In this document: one piece after another, positions 19,550 through 30,000 of the stretch
How the letters are laid out: each line of letters starts with the position of its first letter
Position numbering within the stretch: position 1 is the first letter of the stretch
NCBI RefSeq assembly: GCF_032116555.1
Contig: NZ_CP134949.1
Span: 2,356,001-2,420,000 of the forward strand
Length of the DNA: 64,000 nucleotides
Origin: Halorarum halobium
GTDB lineage: Archaea; Halobacteriota; Halobacteria; Halobacteriales; Haloferacaceae
Direction: 5' to 3'
Made by a program: the position numbers and the translations under genes
The notes under the pieces: model-generated
Databases searched by the model: none
What the model was told of the DNA's origin: nothing
What the model saw: only the letters and a program-made list of their open reading frames with translations

Positions 19550-19885
19550 TCACTCGACCGACTCGACCGCCTCGCTCGCCTCGAACTCGTGGACCACGAA
19601 CTCGTCCGTCTCGAACTGGATCGTCTCGAGGGCTCCCGACGAGAACGCCGGGAGCGCCTCGACGAACTCGCGGTACCGCTCCGAGTTCGTGTGTCGTTCC
19701 GCCGCCGCGACGTCCTCGTACTGCTCGAAGAACCGGACGACGTTCGGCTCCGTGAGGTCCTCCATCGCACGGTACCGGACGGTCCCGTCCTCGGCCCGGG
19801 AGTCCTCGACCATCGACGCGACGTGGGCGATCGCTTCCTCGCGGCGCTCCGGGTCGATCGGGATGCTGGTGTGGACGACGAACAC
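19550..19885 (-). CDS. Antibiotic biosynthesis monooxygenase (ABM) domain protein
   Basis: SRAEDG..RY and FFEQYED..A..H..S. GTG start. Confidence 0.85.
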   Translation of the reverse strand: MFVVHTSIPIDPERREEAIAHVASMVEDSRAEDGTVRYRAMEDLTEPNVVRFFEQYEDVAAAERHTNSERYREFVEALPAFSSGALETIQFETDEFVVHEFEASEAVESVE

Positions 19886-20073
19886 GGCGTTTCGTGTCGC
19901 GGTGGGGTCATGTAGCTTTCCCGGGCGTGGGAACGCCCCACTGGGAAGCGGGAGCTTCCACGGACGCCGCCCCGCGGGGAGTCGGGGCGTCGAGGTGTAC
20001 CGGGGGGCGAGGCGTCGGGATCCCGACTGCCGGGACCCCCGCGTTTTTGCGCCCGCGACCCCCGCTGGGGAGC

Positions 20074-20829
20074 ATGACCTTCAGCATCTGCGTGCGCGAG
20101 GCGTACGCCGGCGAGGACGGGGGGCGCCACGTCCGGTTCGGCGTCGCGGTGACGACGCGGCTCCCGGCCGTCGGGACGCTCTGTCCGTTCGCCTCCGAGA
20201 ACGGCGCGGTTGCGACCCAGTCGCTCGTGAACGTCGAACTCGGCCGGAAGGGGGTCGAGTACCTCGACGACGGCCTGGCGGTGGAGAAGGCGCTCGACGC
20301 GCTGCTCGACGCCGACGACGGCAGCGAGAACCGACAGCTCCACGGCGTCGACGCCGATGGGACGTTCACCTTCTCGGGCGAGGCGTGCAACGACTGGTAC
20401 GGCCACACGAGCGGCGAGAACTACACCGTCGCCGGGAACCTGCTGACCGGCGAGGCGGTGATCGACGCCGTGGCTGCGACGTATGAGTCCGCCGCGTTCG
20501 ACGACGCCCCGCTCGCCGAGCGACTGATCGACGCGCTCGCGGCCGGCCACGAGGAGGGCGGCGACAGACGCGAGGAGCTTCCCGTCCAGTCGGCCGCGCT
20601 GAAAGTCACCGCGACCGAGGAGCGCGAGTTCGAGCCGTACTACGACGACCTCCGCGTCGACGCGACGGAGACGCCGATCGTCGACCTGCGCGAGACGTTC
20701 GAGGAGGCGCGGCGCGGCCAGGAGCTCATCCTCGAACGGTACGACGAGGACGGCGACGACGACGTGGACGACGGGACCGGCGAAGACACCGGGACCGGTG
20801 CGGGCAACGAGATCGGCGAAGAGGACTGA
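20074..20829 (+). CDS. DUF1028 (Ntn-hydrolase-like) protein
   Basis: MTFSI.., GAVATQS, AGNLL and GGDRR..QSAAL. Confidence 0.9.
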   Translation: MTFSICVREAYAGEDGGRHVRFGVAVTTRLPAVGTLCPFASENGAVATQSLVNVELGRKGVEYLDDGLAVEKALDALLDADDGSENRQLHGVDADGTFTFSGEACNDWYGHTSGENYTVAGNLLTGEAVIDAVAATYESAAFDDAPLAERLIDALAAGHEEGGDRREELPVQSAALKVTATEEREFEPYYDDLRVDATETPIVDLRETFEEARRGQELILERYDEDGDDDVDDGTGEDTGTGAGNEIGEED

Positions 20830-20900
20830 CCGGCGAACCTGACACGGCCGGCGTGCCCGAGGCCCCCGCCGACGGCGGGGATTCGACCGCCGAGACGTGA

Positions 20901-22100
20901 TCAGGCGTCGGCGTCGAGCGCGTACACGTGGTGGTCGTACGGGTCGTTCCCCTCCCGCTTGATGCACGCGCCGGTGAACACCTGGCCCTCCCGAACCACG
21001 GGCGTGCCGAACGCGCCCGCGATGCCGCCGAGCTCGAAGCGCCACTGCTCCTCGCCGCCGGAGCCGAACGCGACCAGCGCCTCGCCGCCGACGTACGTCC
21101 GGCCGTCCGCCACCGTCAACCCGGTCCGACGCACGTCGCCGACCTCGGTTCGCCACCCCTCCACGCCCTCGAACGACAGCGCGATGACGTCCGTCCCGGC
21201 GACGACCCGGAGGCCGTTGGGCGCGACCGCGGGCGTGACGAACAGTTCCCCGCCCACGTCGGTCGTCCAGGCCGCCGAGCCGTCGGCCGCGACGGCGTGG
21301 ACCCGGCCACCCTCGGTCCCGACGTAGAGTCGCCCGCCGTGGACGACCGGGGCGGCCGCGACCGCGGACTCGGTCTCGACGGTCCAGTCCGGGTCGCCGT
21401 CCCGGACGGCGACGAGTCGGGAGTACGTCGAGCCGTCCGGCCGGACCCCGTTCACGGTCGCCACCAGCCGGTCACCCAGCACGACCGGCGTGACGGTGCC
21501 CCTGTCGCCAGCCTCGCCGACGTCGACCGCGCTCTCCTCGCTGCCGTCCGCGAGCGCGTGTGCCCGGAGCGTGACGCGCTCCTCGGTCCTCGTGACGACG
21601 TGGGCGCTCCCGTCGTGGACGACCGGCCCGGCCGTGATGGGGCCCTCGACGCGCCAGCGCTCCTCCCCTTCCCGCGAGAACGCGGCGAGGACGCCGGGCG
21701 CGTCGCTGACGACGCTGCCGCCGACGGCGTCCCTGCCGACCGCGACCACGCCGTCCGGCGTGAGCGCGGGGGTGAACGCGTGGGTGAGCGCGCCGAGCGA
21801 CCCCGTCCAGATCTCGCTCCCGCCCTCCGTGTCGAGCGCGAACAGCGAATCCTCGGTTCCGATGAAGAGCCGGCCGTCGGCGACCGCCGGCGCCGCGAGC
21901 GTGTACAGCCCCGGCAGGAACGTGTCCCACTCGGCGGCCACGTCGGCCGTCTCGGGCGTCGGTGCCGGGGTATGCGTCGCCGGCCCCGTCGTCGCGTCGG
22001 TCGGGGAGGGCGTCTCGTCGATCGAGGGAGACTCGCCGGAACAGCCGGCCAGTCCCGCGATCCCGGCACCGAGTGCCGAGAGCAGGGGGCGTCGCTTCAT
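20901..22100 (-). CDS. Tat lipoprotein with PQQ-like beta-propeller repeats
   Basis: MKRR..L..LAGC signal/lipobox and repeated ALD..G..W motifs. Confidence 0.88.
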   Translation of the reverse strand: MKRRPLLSALGAGIAGLAGCSGESPSIDETPSPTDATTGPATHTPAPTPETADVAAEWDTFLPGLYTLAAPAVADGRLFIGTEDSLFALDTEGGSEIWTGSLGALTHAFTPALTPDGVVAVGRDAVGGSVVSDAPGVLAAFSREGEERWRVEGPITAGPVVHDGSAHVVTRTEERVTLRAHALADGSEESAVDVGEAGDRGTVTPVVLGDRLVATVNGVRPDGSTYSRLVAVRDGDPDWTVETESAVAAAPVVHGGRLYVGTEGGRVHAVAADGSAAWTTDVGGELFVTPAVAPNGLRVVAGTDVIALSFEGVEGWRTEVGDVRRTGLTVADGRTYVGGEALVAFGSGGEEQWRFELGGIAGAFGTPVVREGQVFTGACIKREGNDPYDHHVYALDADA

Positions 22101-22140
22101 ACCCGACAGTACGACCCCGGCCGGAAAGCGGTGGCGTTCG

Positions 22141-22217
22141 GACGGCGACCTCGTCGGGTCAGATGACGACCTCGTCGGGTCAGATGACGACTTCGTCGGG
22201 TCAGACGGCGAACTCGT
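22141..22217. repeat. 21-bp tandem repeat (3 copies plus a partial) overlapping the PUA gene stop
   Basis: GAyGrCGACyTCGTCGGGTCA at 22141, 22162 and 22183, with a partial copy at 22204. Confidence 0.85.
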
Positions 22218-22680
22218 AGAGGTCGTCGCCGACGTGGTGTAACGACTTCACGACCTTGCCCGAGTCGCCGACCATCTCCGAGCCGTCGACGAGCGCGCGC
22301 CCGACGCCGAGCGCCTTCCCGTGCGACTCCTCGGCGACGACGACCAGCTCGCCCTCGGCGATCCCATCGTCGGCCTCGGTGATCCCCGGCCGCATCACGT
22401 CCGCGCCGTCCGAGACGAACGAGATCGCCCCGGAATCGACGGTCACGACGCCGCGTTCGGGCGGGTGGGCGTTCGCGCCCCGGACCGTGATGAACGGTTC
22501 GTCCTCGTAGTAGAGCACGTGTTGCTCGCCGTCCACGAGCACGAGGTCGAACGGCGAGTCGGTGAGTTCCACGAGTTCGAAGGCCTCGCCCGGAAGCTCG
22601 ACGCCCAGTCGATCCGCGAGCGTCTCCCGGATCTCCGAGACGGCGTCGCTCCGGAGGTGGTGACGGGATTTCACGTCCAT
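22201..22680 (-). CDS. PUA-domain RNA-binding protein (Tma20/DUF1947-like)
   Basis: VTVDSGAISFVSDGADVMRPGI and LHHVGD. Confidence 0.92.
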   Translation of the reverse strand: MDVKSRHHLRSDAVSEIRETLADRLGVELPGEAFELVELTDSPFDLVLVDGEQHVLYYEDEPFITVRGANAHPPERGVVTVDSGAISFVSDGADVMRPGITEADDGIAEGELVVVAEESHGKALGVGRALVDGSEMVGDSGKVVKSLHHVGDDLYEFAV

Positions 22681-22890
22681 ACCTCCGTTGGGTCGGTGTC
22701 GTGCATAAATCGCCCGTTCCGACGGACCCGGCCGGGGGATCGCTTACACGAGTGGCGGTCCTCGTGGCCGAACCCGGAGCGGCCGGTGCATGCCAGTCCG
22801 ACGTCGCTCCACGGCCGCGCGTGTCCGCCGGGTGGACTGTCAGGCTGTCGCACGAAAACCGCTAAGTTCCCCGCACCCGGATGCGTGTTC

Positions 22891-23226
22891 ATGTGGAGTG
22901 CCCGGCCCAACCGGGACGAGGAGTCGGTGGTCTGTATCGCGTGCGGGGACTCGCTCCCGCGCCGACGGGCCCGCGAGTACGACAAGGAGGGCGATCGGTG
23001 GGACCGGCGGGGCAAGGAGTTCGAGTACCTCTGCAAGTCGTGTCACCGCGATCTCTGCCACCAGCCTCGGGAGGACCTGGAGGACGTGCTGCTCGACGTG
23101 GAGTCCGAGCGGGAGGGGAGTCGGGACGCCGAGGCGTTCATGCGGACGTACATCCGGGCGGTCCGGGAACGGTACGGGGCTCCCGAGTCGGACGCCGAGG
23201 ACGGAACCGACTCCGGGGACGATTGA
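22891..23226 (+). CDS. Small CxxC zinc-binding protein
   Basis: CIACG and AREYDK.GDRW.R..K.FEYLCKSC. Confidence 0.8.
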   Translation: MWSARPNRDEESVVCIACGDSLPRRRAREYDKEGDRWDRRGKEFEYLCKSCHRDLCHQPREDLEDVLLDVESEREGSRDAEAFMRTYIRAVRERYGAPESDAEDGTDSGDD

Positions 23227-23289
23227 GTTCGGTCGCGGGCCCACGTCGACCCCAAAACGCATACGTACCGCACCCGCGTAGCCGGCAGC

Positions 23290-24624
23290 ATGACTGACGC
23301 TTCTTCGGACGCCGACGACCAGGCGGCCGCGGGCACCGCGGAGGGACAGGGGCCCGTCACCATCACCGAGGACCTCGCCGGCCACCTCGCGGACAAGCGC
23401 GAGGAACTGTTCGAGGAGTTCGAGATCCGCGACGAGTTCCCCGTCGAGGTGAAACGGGAGGCCAAGGAGCGCACGGAGGGCGTGACCGAGGAGATCCAGT
23501 CGGAAGTCGACGAGCGGCGGGACCTGCGGGAGCTGACGACCTGGACGACCGACCCCGTCGACGCGCAGGACTTCGACGACGCCATCTCCATCGAGGAGCG
23601 CGAGGAGGAGTACCGGCTGTGGGTCCACATCGCCGACGTCTCCCACTACGTCCACCCCGAGTCGACGATGTGGGAGGAGGCGGTCCGGCGTTGTAACACG
23701 GTGTACCTCCCGGCCTACACCATCCACATGCTCCCGCCGGTGCTGGCCGAGACCGTCTGCTCGCTCGTGCCCAACGAGGACCGGCTGGCCCACACCGTCG
23801 AGATGCTCCTCGACAAGGAGACGCTCTCGTTCGAGGAACTCGACATCTACAAGTCCGTCATCAACTCCGACGAGCGGCTCACTTACTCCCAGTGTGAGAA
23901 CCGGCTCGACGACCCCGACCTCCCGCTCCACGAGGAGAACGTCCTCGCCTACGAGGTCGCAGATCAGATGCACGAGCAGCGGAAGGCCGACGGGTCGCTC
24001 GTCCTCAACCCCAGCCGCGATCGGGCCCACACCATCATCGAGGAGTGCATGCTGAAGGCGAACAAGGCGGTCACCCACGAACTGATGTGGAACCGCGGGG
24101 TCGAGGCGATGTACCGCGTCCACCCCCAGCCGACGCCCGACCAGTGGAACGACGCGCTCAGGGAGATCCAGGAGACCGAGGGCGTCTCCATCCCGGGCGA
24201 CTCGTGGGACGACCCGCGCAAGGCCGTCAACGCCGCGCTGGAGGAGGCGCCCGGGCGCGCGCTCAACAAGATCCAGCGTGCGGTGCTGAAGGTGATGCCC
24301 CGCGCGAAGTACATGAACGACCCGTTCGGGGGCCACCACGCGCTCAACTTCGACATCTACGGCCACTTCACCTCGCCCATCCGGCGGCTGTCGGACCTCA
24401 TCAACCACTGGATCGTCCACTCGAACGACGTGCCCGAGAACTTGATCGAACTCTGTGACCGCGCCTCGGACAAGCAGAAGGACGGCGAGACGGTCGAACG
24501 GCTGTACAAGCAGTTCCTGCAGGAGGTCGGGCTCGACCCCTACGCCGTGAACAACCGGGGGCTCGAAGTGGTCGAGGACCCGGACGAGGCGACCCACGAC
24601 TCGCCCGAGACGATTCCGAAGTGA
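23290..24624 (+). CDS. rnr: RNB-domain exoribonuclease (RNase R/II)
   Basis: DPVDAQDFDDAIS, VHIADVSHYV and HFTSPIRR. Confidence 0.95.
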   Translation: MTDASSDADDQAAAGTAEGQGPVTITEDLAGHLADKREELFEEFEIRDEFPVEVKREAKERTEGVTEEIQSEVDERRDLRELTTWTTDPVDAQDFDDAISIEEREEEYRLWVHIADVSHYVHPESTMWEEAVRRCNTVYLPAYTIHMLPPVLAETVCSLVPNEDRLAHTVEMLLDKETLSFEELDIYKSVINSDERLTYSQCENRLDDPDLPLHEENVLAYEVADQMHEQRKADGSLVLNPSRDRAHTIIEECMLKANKAVTHELMWNRGVEAMYRVHPQPTPDQWNDALREIQETEGVSIPGDSWDDPRKAVNAALEEAPGRALNKIQRAVLKVMPRAKYMNDPFGGHHALNFDIYGHFTSPIRRLSDLINHWIVHSNDVPENLIELCDRASDKQKDGETVERLYKQFLQEVGLDPYAVNNRGLEVVEDPDEATHDSPETIPK

Positions 24625-24724
24625 CGCCAACGGGTCCCGGAGGCCCCGCCGCTACCGGCTCGAGGCTCCGACATCGTGCTGTGGCGAGCGAAGACACATC
24701 ACCTCGGCCCACGTACGGGAACGC

Positions 24725-25213
24725 ATGACCCTCGACGTCGAGGTGCCCGACCCGCCGTCGCTGCGCGGCCCGCAGTCGCGGGACAGCTACGAGGCCATCG
24801 CCGATTCCCCGGACGAGGTCGGCGACGACTACCGCCGCGAGGAACTCGAAGCGGTGCTCGCCGACGGCGCGTGGGCCGACGCCTTCCGTGAGTGGGCGAC
24901 CGGGACGACCCTCGCCGAGTCGGAGTTCGAGACGGTCGTCGAACTCGACCTCGTCGACGACTTCGACTTCTACTGGGACCCCGCGAGCGACGAGGTGGGC
25001 TACCGCTCGCCGGCGGTCCCCTCGGACGCGAAGGGCGCCTTCGACCCCGAGGACGCCGCGATCGTCGAGGAGGAACTCGACGACCTCGGCCGGGCCGTCA
25101 CCGAGATGCTGGAGAACGACTACCTGCTGCGCGACGAGGAGACGTGGGGCTTCTTCGCCGAGGAGGAACCCGAGGATGAGTCGGCCTACGAGTCGGAGAA
25201 CTCCGAGGAGTGA
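24725..25213 (+). CDS. Conserved acidic hypothetical protein
   Basis: Strongly acidic, with halophilic codon usage. Confidence 0.8.
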   Translation: MTLDVEVPDPPSLRGPQSRDSYEAIADSPDEVGDDYRREELEAVLADGAWADAFREWATGTTLAESEFETVVELDLVDDFDFYWDPASDEVGYRSPAVPSDAKGAFDPEDAAIVEEELDDLGRAVTEMLENDYLLRDEETWGFFAEEEPEDESAYESENSEE

Positions 25214-25313
25214 GGACGCGCCGTCCCGTTGTGGATCGATCGCCGCCGACGGTGGCGGGCGGGGCCACCGACCGATGGGCACGGCGACCGAAACGCGGGC
25301 GGGACGTCGCCGC

Positions 25314-25490
25314 CTATTCGGCGACGGCGACGAGGTAGGTCCGGCCGCCGCGGCGCTCCAGGTGGACCTCGCAGTCGTTGCGCTCCGCGAACGCCCGTAC
25401 CTCCGCGGAGGTGGACTCTGTCACGTCGATGCTCGCACGCGTGGAACTCTCGACGTCGATGCGTTCGGGTGCGGTGACGGTCGCGCTCAT
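25314..25490 (-). CDS. Small hypothetical protein
   Basis: MSATVTAPERID..HLERRGGRTYLVAVAE. TATA-like TACAAG and a TTCAC box upstream. Confidence 0.7.
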   Translation of the reverse strand: MSATVTAPERIDVESSTRASIDVTESTSAEVRAFAERNDCEVHLERRGGRTYLVAVAE

Positions 25491-25531
25491 ACTTCCAACG
25501 TGGTAGGGGAGTGACTTGTAGGTCGGCCTAG

Positions 25532-25550
25532 CGGAGTGAAAGTGAAAGTG
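25532..25550 (-). promoter_or_regulatory. TTTCAC direct-repeat box
   Basis: TTCACTTTCACTCCG on the minus strand ends 42 bp before ATG 25490. Identical to 31525-31539. Confidence 0.65.
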
Positions 25551-25710
25551 AGGGGCGGCGTCGGGTCGACGCGTGACGGGCCGCTCGACCGTCATCGCAC
25601 GGGCGAGGCCGTTTTCGAGGGCTGATCGGGACCAACCTGGTCGAGAACTGAAACGCAGGGGCCGGAGAACCGGGGCGACGACCGCTCGGTCGGTGCCGGG
25701 AGCGGCGAGG

Positions 25711-26790
25711 TCAGTCCTCGCCGCCGTTCGCCATCGGCTCCGTTCCGCTCCCCTCGTCGCTCCCGTACCGGCGCGCGAGCGTCTTCAGCCCGCCCGCGAC
25801 GCCGTTCTCGAAGAACAGCACCACGACCAGAAGCAGCAGGCCGAACGCCAGCTGCCAGCGGTTGTTGAGCCCGATCTGGGTGATGAACTCGCGGAGGTAG
25901 ACGTAGGTGAACGAGCCGATGGCCGGCCCGAGGAACGACGCCGGGCCGCCGATGACGGTCATGATGACCGGCTCGGCCGACGTGCTCCAGTAGGCGATGC
26001 CCGGGCCGATGCTCCGTTCGAGCACCATCAACAGCGCGCCCGCCAGCCCGGAGAACGCGCCCGAGATGATGAACGTCAGCCACGAGTGGTGGGTGACGTC
26101 GATGCCGAGCGCCTCCGCGCGTCCGGGGTTCTCGCGGATCGCCTTGCAGGTCATGCCGAACGGCGACCTGACGACCCGGTAGAGCGCGTACATCGAGACG
26201 GCGAACACGGCGAGGATGATGAGATAGATGTTCGTGTAGCTCAGGATGTTGATCAGTTCGATCTCCAACCCGAACAGGTTCACCGTCCCGAGGGTGTGGG
26301 TCATCCCGTCGGAGCCGTTCGTCAGCCCGCCGATGTCGTTGTTCGCCATCACGTAGATGGCCATGCTGAACGAGAGCGTGATCATCGCGAAGTAGATCTC
26401 GCGGAGCTGCACGCTCAGGTAGCCGACGAAGGTGGCCAGCAGCGTCGCCACCGCGACGGCGAGGACCAGCCCGACCGCGAAGGAGACGAGCGGTTCGACG
26501 CCGCCGAACGCGGCGAACCCGAGCGCCTCCGACCAGGTGCGGAGCCAGTTGGCGATGAAGTAGCCCGACACCGCGAGGAACATCGCGTGACCGAACGACA
26601 GCAGGCCGGTGTAGCCGTACAGCAGGTTGAACGCCGTCGAGAAGATGGCGAACACCAGCACCTCGGCCAGCAGGAGCTTCTGATACGCGGGCAGCACGAG
26701 CGGTGCGACGACGAGCAGCACCGCCACGCCCGCAAAGAGCAGCGTCGAGCGGTCACCGTCGAGGAGCCGCTCACTGAATCCGTAGCTCAT
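25711..26790 (-). CDS. livM: Branched-chain amino acid ABC permease
   Basis: GYTGLLSFGHA, YFAMITLSF and SPFG...AIREN. Confidence 0.93.
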   Translation of the reverse strand: MSYGFSERLLDGDRSTLLFAGVAVLLVVAPLVLPAYQKLLLAEVLVFAIFSTAFNLLYGYTGLLSFGHAMFLAVSGYFIANWLRTWSEALGFAAFGGVEPLVSFAVGLVLAVAVATLLATFVGYLSVQLREIYFAMITLSFSMAIYVMANNDIGGLTNGSDGMTHTLGTVNLFGLEIELINILSYTNIYLIILAVFAVSMYALYRVVRSPFGMTCKAIRENPGRAEALGIDVTHHSWLTFIISGAFSGLAGALLMVLERSIGPGIAYWSTSAEPVIMTVIGGPASFLGPAIGSFTYVYLREFITQIGLNNRWQLAFGLLLLVVVLFFENGVAGGLKTLARRYGSDEGSGTEPMANGGED

Positions 26791-26817
26791 GTGAGATGGT
26801 GTGTGTCGGTGTCGTGA

Positions 26818-28170
26818 TCAGACGCCCGGCGGCAGGCCGCTGTCGCCGAGCAGGTCGGCCGCAGTCGAGCGATCGAGCGAGTACGTCCGGCTCGGGCTGA
26901 GCCCGACGCCCTCGTAGGGGACGTCGTCGTCGCTGCTCGTCTCGCCGATGACCGTCGGCGCGGTCGCCTGGTGGGAGTCGGCATCGAGCGTCCACTCGCC
27001 GCGGGGGCCGTTGAACGTTGCCCCCTCCAGTTCGCCGATGATGCCGTCGGGTTCGGTCCCGCCCGAGTTCTCGATGGCCCGCTTGTACAGTCGAATGGCC
27101 GACCACGTGCTCGCGCCCGTGAACGATGGGACCCCGATGGTGTCGGTGCCCTCGTACGCGCTCTGGTAGTAGTCGAGGTAGCTGCTGTTCTGCTCGTTGT
27201 CGAACGCGGAGTGCCAGTACCACGAGGAGTAGTGGACGCCCTCGGGCATCGTGTCCCCGAGCGCCTTGAACACGGTCGGGTCCGCGCCGAGCGTGTCGAA
27301 CACGTCGTCGACCTGCTCGAACAGGCCCTGCTCGCTGGCCTGCTGGACGAAGGTGACCGCGTCGCCCGCCCAGAACGAGGTGAACACGAGGTCCGGGTCC
27401 GCGTTGAGCACCTGGTTGATCTGGGGGGTCATGTTGCTGGCCCCGAGATCCGGGAACACCGACTCGACGTACTCGAACTCGCCGCCGAGCGCGTCCGCGT
27501 ACGCCTTGAAGTAGTCCCAGCACTGGGTCCCGTAGGCGTAGTTCGGCCCGATGTTCGCGACGGTCTCGATGCCCTCGAGTTCCTCGACGGCGTATCTCGC
27601 CATCGCGTACGTGTTCGGCGAGGTGTTCGCGTTCGTCCGGAACATCGGCTCGACGTACGCCGACTTCCCGTTCTCGCTCTCGAAGTAGGAGCCGTACGTC
27701 TCCGTGTCGGGCTCGGTCACGTACGGGGTCCCGATGTCGGTCAGGATCATCGGCACGCCCAGGTCGCGGATCGTCGGCGCCGCCTCCAGCGTCTCCCCGG
27801 AGGAGGTGAGCCCGATGAGCGCGTCGACGTTCTCCTGCTGGACGAGGCTCTGGATCTGGGAGGCGGCACCCGAGTCGGCGTGGTCGCGGAAGATGATCTC
27901 CGCGTCCTCGCCGTTGATGCCCCCGTTCTCGTTGACGTAGTCGACGGCGAGCTGGGCACTCGCCTCCGAGGCGCTCCCGAGCGCCTCGGCGAGTCCCGAC
28001 AGAAGATACACCCCGCCGAACGTCACGCCGCCGCCGCCCCCGAGTGGGTTGCCGATACACCCTGCCGTGGAAGCCAGGGTGGCTCCCGCACCCGCCGTCG
28101 TGAGGAACCGCCGTCGGTTCATGCCGCCGTCGTGACCGTTCTCGGACACGTGTGTGTCATGTTCAACCAT
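26818..28170 (-). CDS. Liv-type ABC substrate-binding Tat lipoprotein
   Basis: NRRRFL..AGC signal, N..GGING and periplasmic binding protein type 1 features. Confidence 0.9.
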   Translation of the reverse strand: MVEHDTHVSENGHDGGMNRRRFLTTAGAGATLASTAGCIGNPLGGGGGVTFGGVYLLSGLAEALGSASEASAQLAVDYVNENGGINGEDAEIIFRDHADSGAASQIQSLVQQENVDALIGLTSSGETLEAAPTIRDLGVPMILTDIGTPYVTEPDTETYGSYFESENGKSAYVEPMFRTNANTSPNTYAMARYAVEELEGIETVANIGPNYAYGTQCWDYFKAYADALGGEFEYVESVFPDLGASNMTPQINQVLNADPDLVFTSFWAGDAVTFVQQASEQGLFEQVDDVFDTLGADPTVFKALGDTMPEGVHYSSWYWHSAFDNEQNSSYLDYYQSAYEGTDTIGVPSFTGASTWSAIRLYKRAIENSGGTEPDGIIGELEGATFNGPRGEWTLDADSHQATAPTVIGETSSDDDVPYEGVGLSPSRTYSLDRSTAADLLGDSGLPPGV

Positions 28171-28339
28171 GGCAGTCGGGAATGACATGCCCGGCACTAC
28201 GTAAATATCCCCGGGTTCATATCTTAACCCGATTCTATTCGACGCCCGTATATTAGCTACAGAGGCCCCATAACGCCCGAATCAAATATTTCGCCGATCG
28301 CGGCGCAAGGTTTAATCGGTACGTCTGGTAGTGGTTGGT

Positions 28340-29221
28340 ATGGTAGACCCTGTGTTGGTCGCAAACCAGATACTTACCGGGCTCAGCATCGGCAGTCGCC
28401 TCTTCCTGGTGGCGGTCGGGTTGACGCTCATCTTCGGCGTGCTCGACGTGCTGAACTTCACGCACGGGGTACTGTACATGATCGGCGCCTACGTCGCCAT
28501 CCAGGTGGTGACGGGGCTCGTGGGGAACTTCTGGGTGGCGCTCGTCGTGGCGGCGCTCGTCGTCGGCCTCATCGGCGTGGTGCTCGAGTCGGTGTTCATC
28601 CGCCGGGTCTACGACCGGGAACCGCTGGACCAGTTGCTCCTCACGTTCGCGTTCGTTCTCATCCTGACCGACCTCGTCAGGATCACGTTCGGCTCGCTGG
28701 GGACGGCGATCCAGGAGCCGGACGTGTTCAACTTCACCGTCCAGTTCACGGGGAACGTCGGCATCTCGGGCTACCGCCTGTTCGTCATCGCGCTCTCGAT
28801 CTTGACGATGGCCGCGCTGTTTTTCACCCTCCAGCGGACGAACATCGGCCGGATGGTGCGGGCCACCTCCTCGGACCGGGACATGGCGCGCCTGCTCGGC
28901 ATCGACGTGCCGAAGCTGTACACGGGCGTCTTCTTCGTCGGCGCGGTACTGGCCGGCCTCGCGGGCGGCATCTCCGCGCCGCTGCAGGCCGTGACGACCG
29001 AGGCCGGCAACCAGGTGATCATCCAGGCGTTCGTCATCACGGTCATCGGCGGGCTGGGGTCGTTCGTCGGCGCGTTCATCGGCGCGTACCTCATCGGCAT
29101 CCTGATCGCGGTCGGATCGCTCTGGATCACGGGTGGGGGACAGCTGTTCCCGTTCGTGGCGATGATCCTCGTGCTCGTCCTGAAACCGCAGGGACTGTTC
29201 GGGGAGGCGGTGGAAGCATGA
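28340..29221 (+). CDS. livH: Branched-chain amino acid ABC permease
   Basis: AVGLTLIFGVL..NFTHG, IGGLGS and KPQGLFG. Confidence 0.93.
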   Translation: MVDPVLVANQILTGLSIGSRLFLVAVGLTLIFGVLDVLNFTHGVLYMIGAYVAIQVVTGLVGNFWVALVVAALVVGLIGVVLESVFIRRVYDREPLDQLLLTFAFVLILTDLVRITFGSLGTAIQEPDVFNFTVQFTGNVGISGYRLFVIALSILTMAALFFTLQRTNIGRMVRATSSDRDMARLLGIDVPKLYTGVFFVGAVLAGLAGGISAPLQAVTTEAGNQVIIQAFVITVIGGLGSFVGAFIGAYLIGILIAVGSLWITGGGQLFPFVAMILVLVLKPQGLFGEAVEA

Positions 29222-30000
29222 ACGCGGACGCCGACGCCGTGCTGGAGACGGACGGGCTCCGCCGGGAGTTCGGGAAGCTCGTCGCCGTCGACGACGTCTC
29301 GGTCACCGTCCGGGACACGGAGATCACCAGCATCATCGGCCCGAACGGCGCGGGCAAGACGACGTTCTACAGCATGCTCGCCGGCCAGCTCGATCCGAGC
29401 GCGGGCTCGGTCCGCATTCGCCCGCGCGGGGAGTCGGGGCTCAGCGACGTGACCGGGATGGAGCCCTACGAGATCAACCGACTCGGGCTCGCGCGCGCGT
29501 TCCAGATCAACAACGTGTTCGAGGGGCTGACGGTGCTCGACAACGTCCGCATCGCGCGCATCTCGCGGGAGGGGCGCATCACCGACCTCACCGCCGTCGC
29601 CACCGAGGACGAGGAGCTCACGGAGGGCGCCCGGGAGGTGCTCGAACTGACGAACCTGACCGAGGTCGCCGACCAGGAGGTGGCGAACCTCTCGCACGGC
29701 GACGTCCGGAAGGTCGAGATCGCGCTCGCGCTCGGCACTGACCCGTCGGTCGTGCTGCTCGACGAGCCGACCGCGGGCATGAACGCGACCGAGACGGCGA
29801 AGATGGTCGACCTGATCCGGGACCTTGACGAGCACACCGACACGACGTTCCTGCTGACCGAACACGACATGGAGGTCGTACTCGGCATCTCGGACCGCAT
29901 CCTCGTGCTGGACAACGGCGCGCTCATCACCGAGGGCACGCCCGACGAGGTGATGGCCGACGAGCGCGTCCGCGAGGCGTACCTGGGGGGTGAGAACTGA
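29218..30000 (+). CDS. livG: ABC ATP-binding protein
   Basis: GPNGAGKTT, LLDEPTAG, EHDM and VREAYLG. Confidence 0.94.
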   Translation: MNADADAVLETDGLRREFGKLVAVDDVSVTVRDTEITSIIGPNGAGKTTFYSMLAGQLDPSAGSVRIRPRGESGLSDVTGMEPYEINRLGLARAFQINNVFEGLTVLDNVRIARISREGRITDLTAVATEDEELTEGAREVLELTNLTEVADQEVANLSHGDVRKVEIALALGTDPSVVLLDEPTAGMNATETAKMVDLIRDLDEHTDTTFLLTEHDMEVVLGISDRILVLDNGALITEGTPDEVMADERVREAYLGGEN

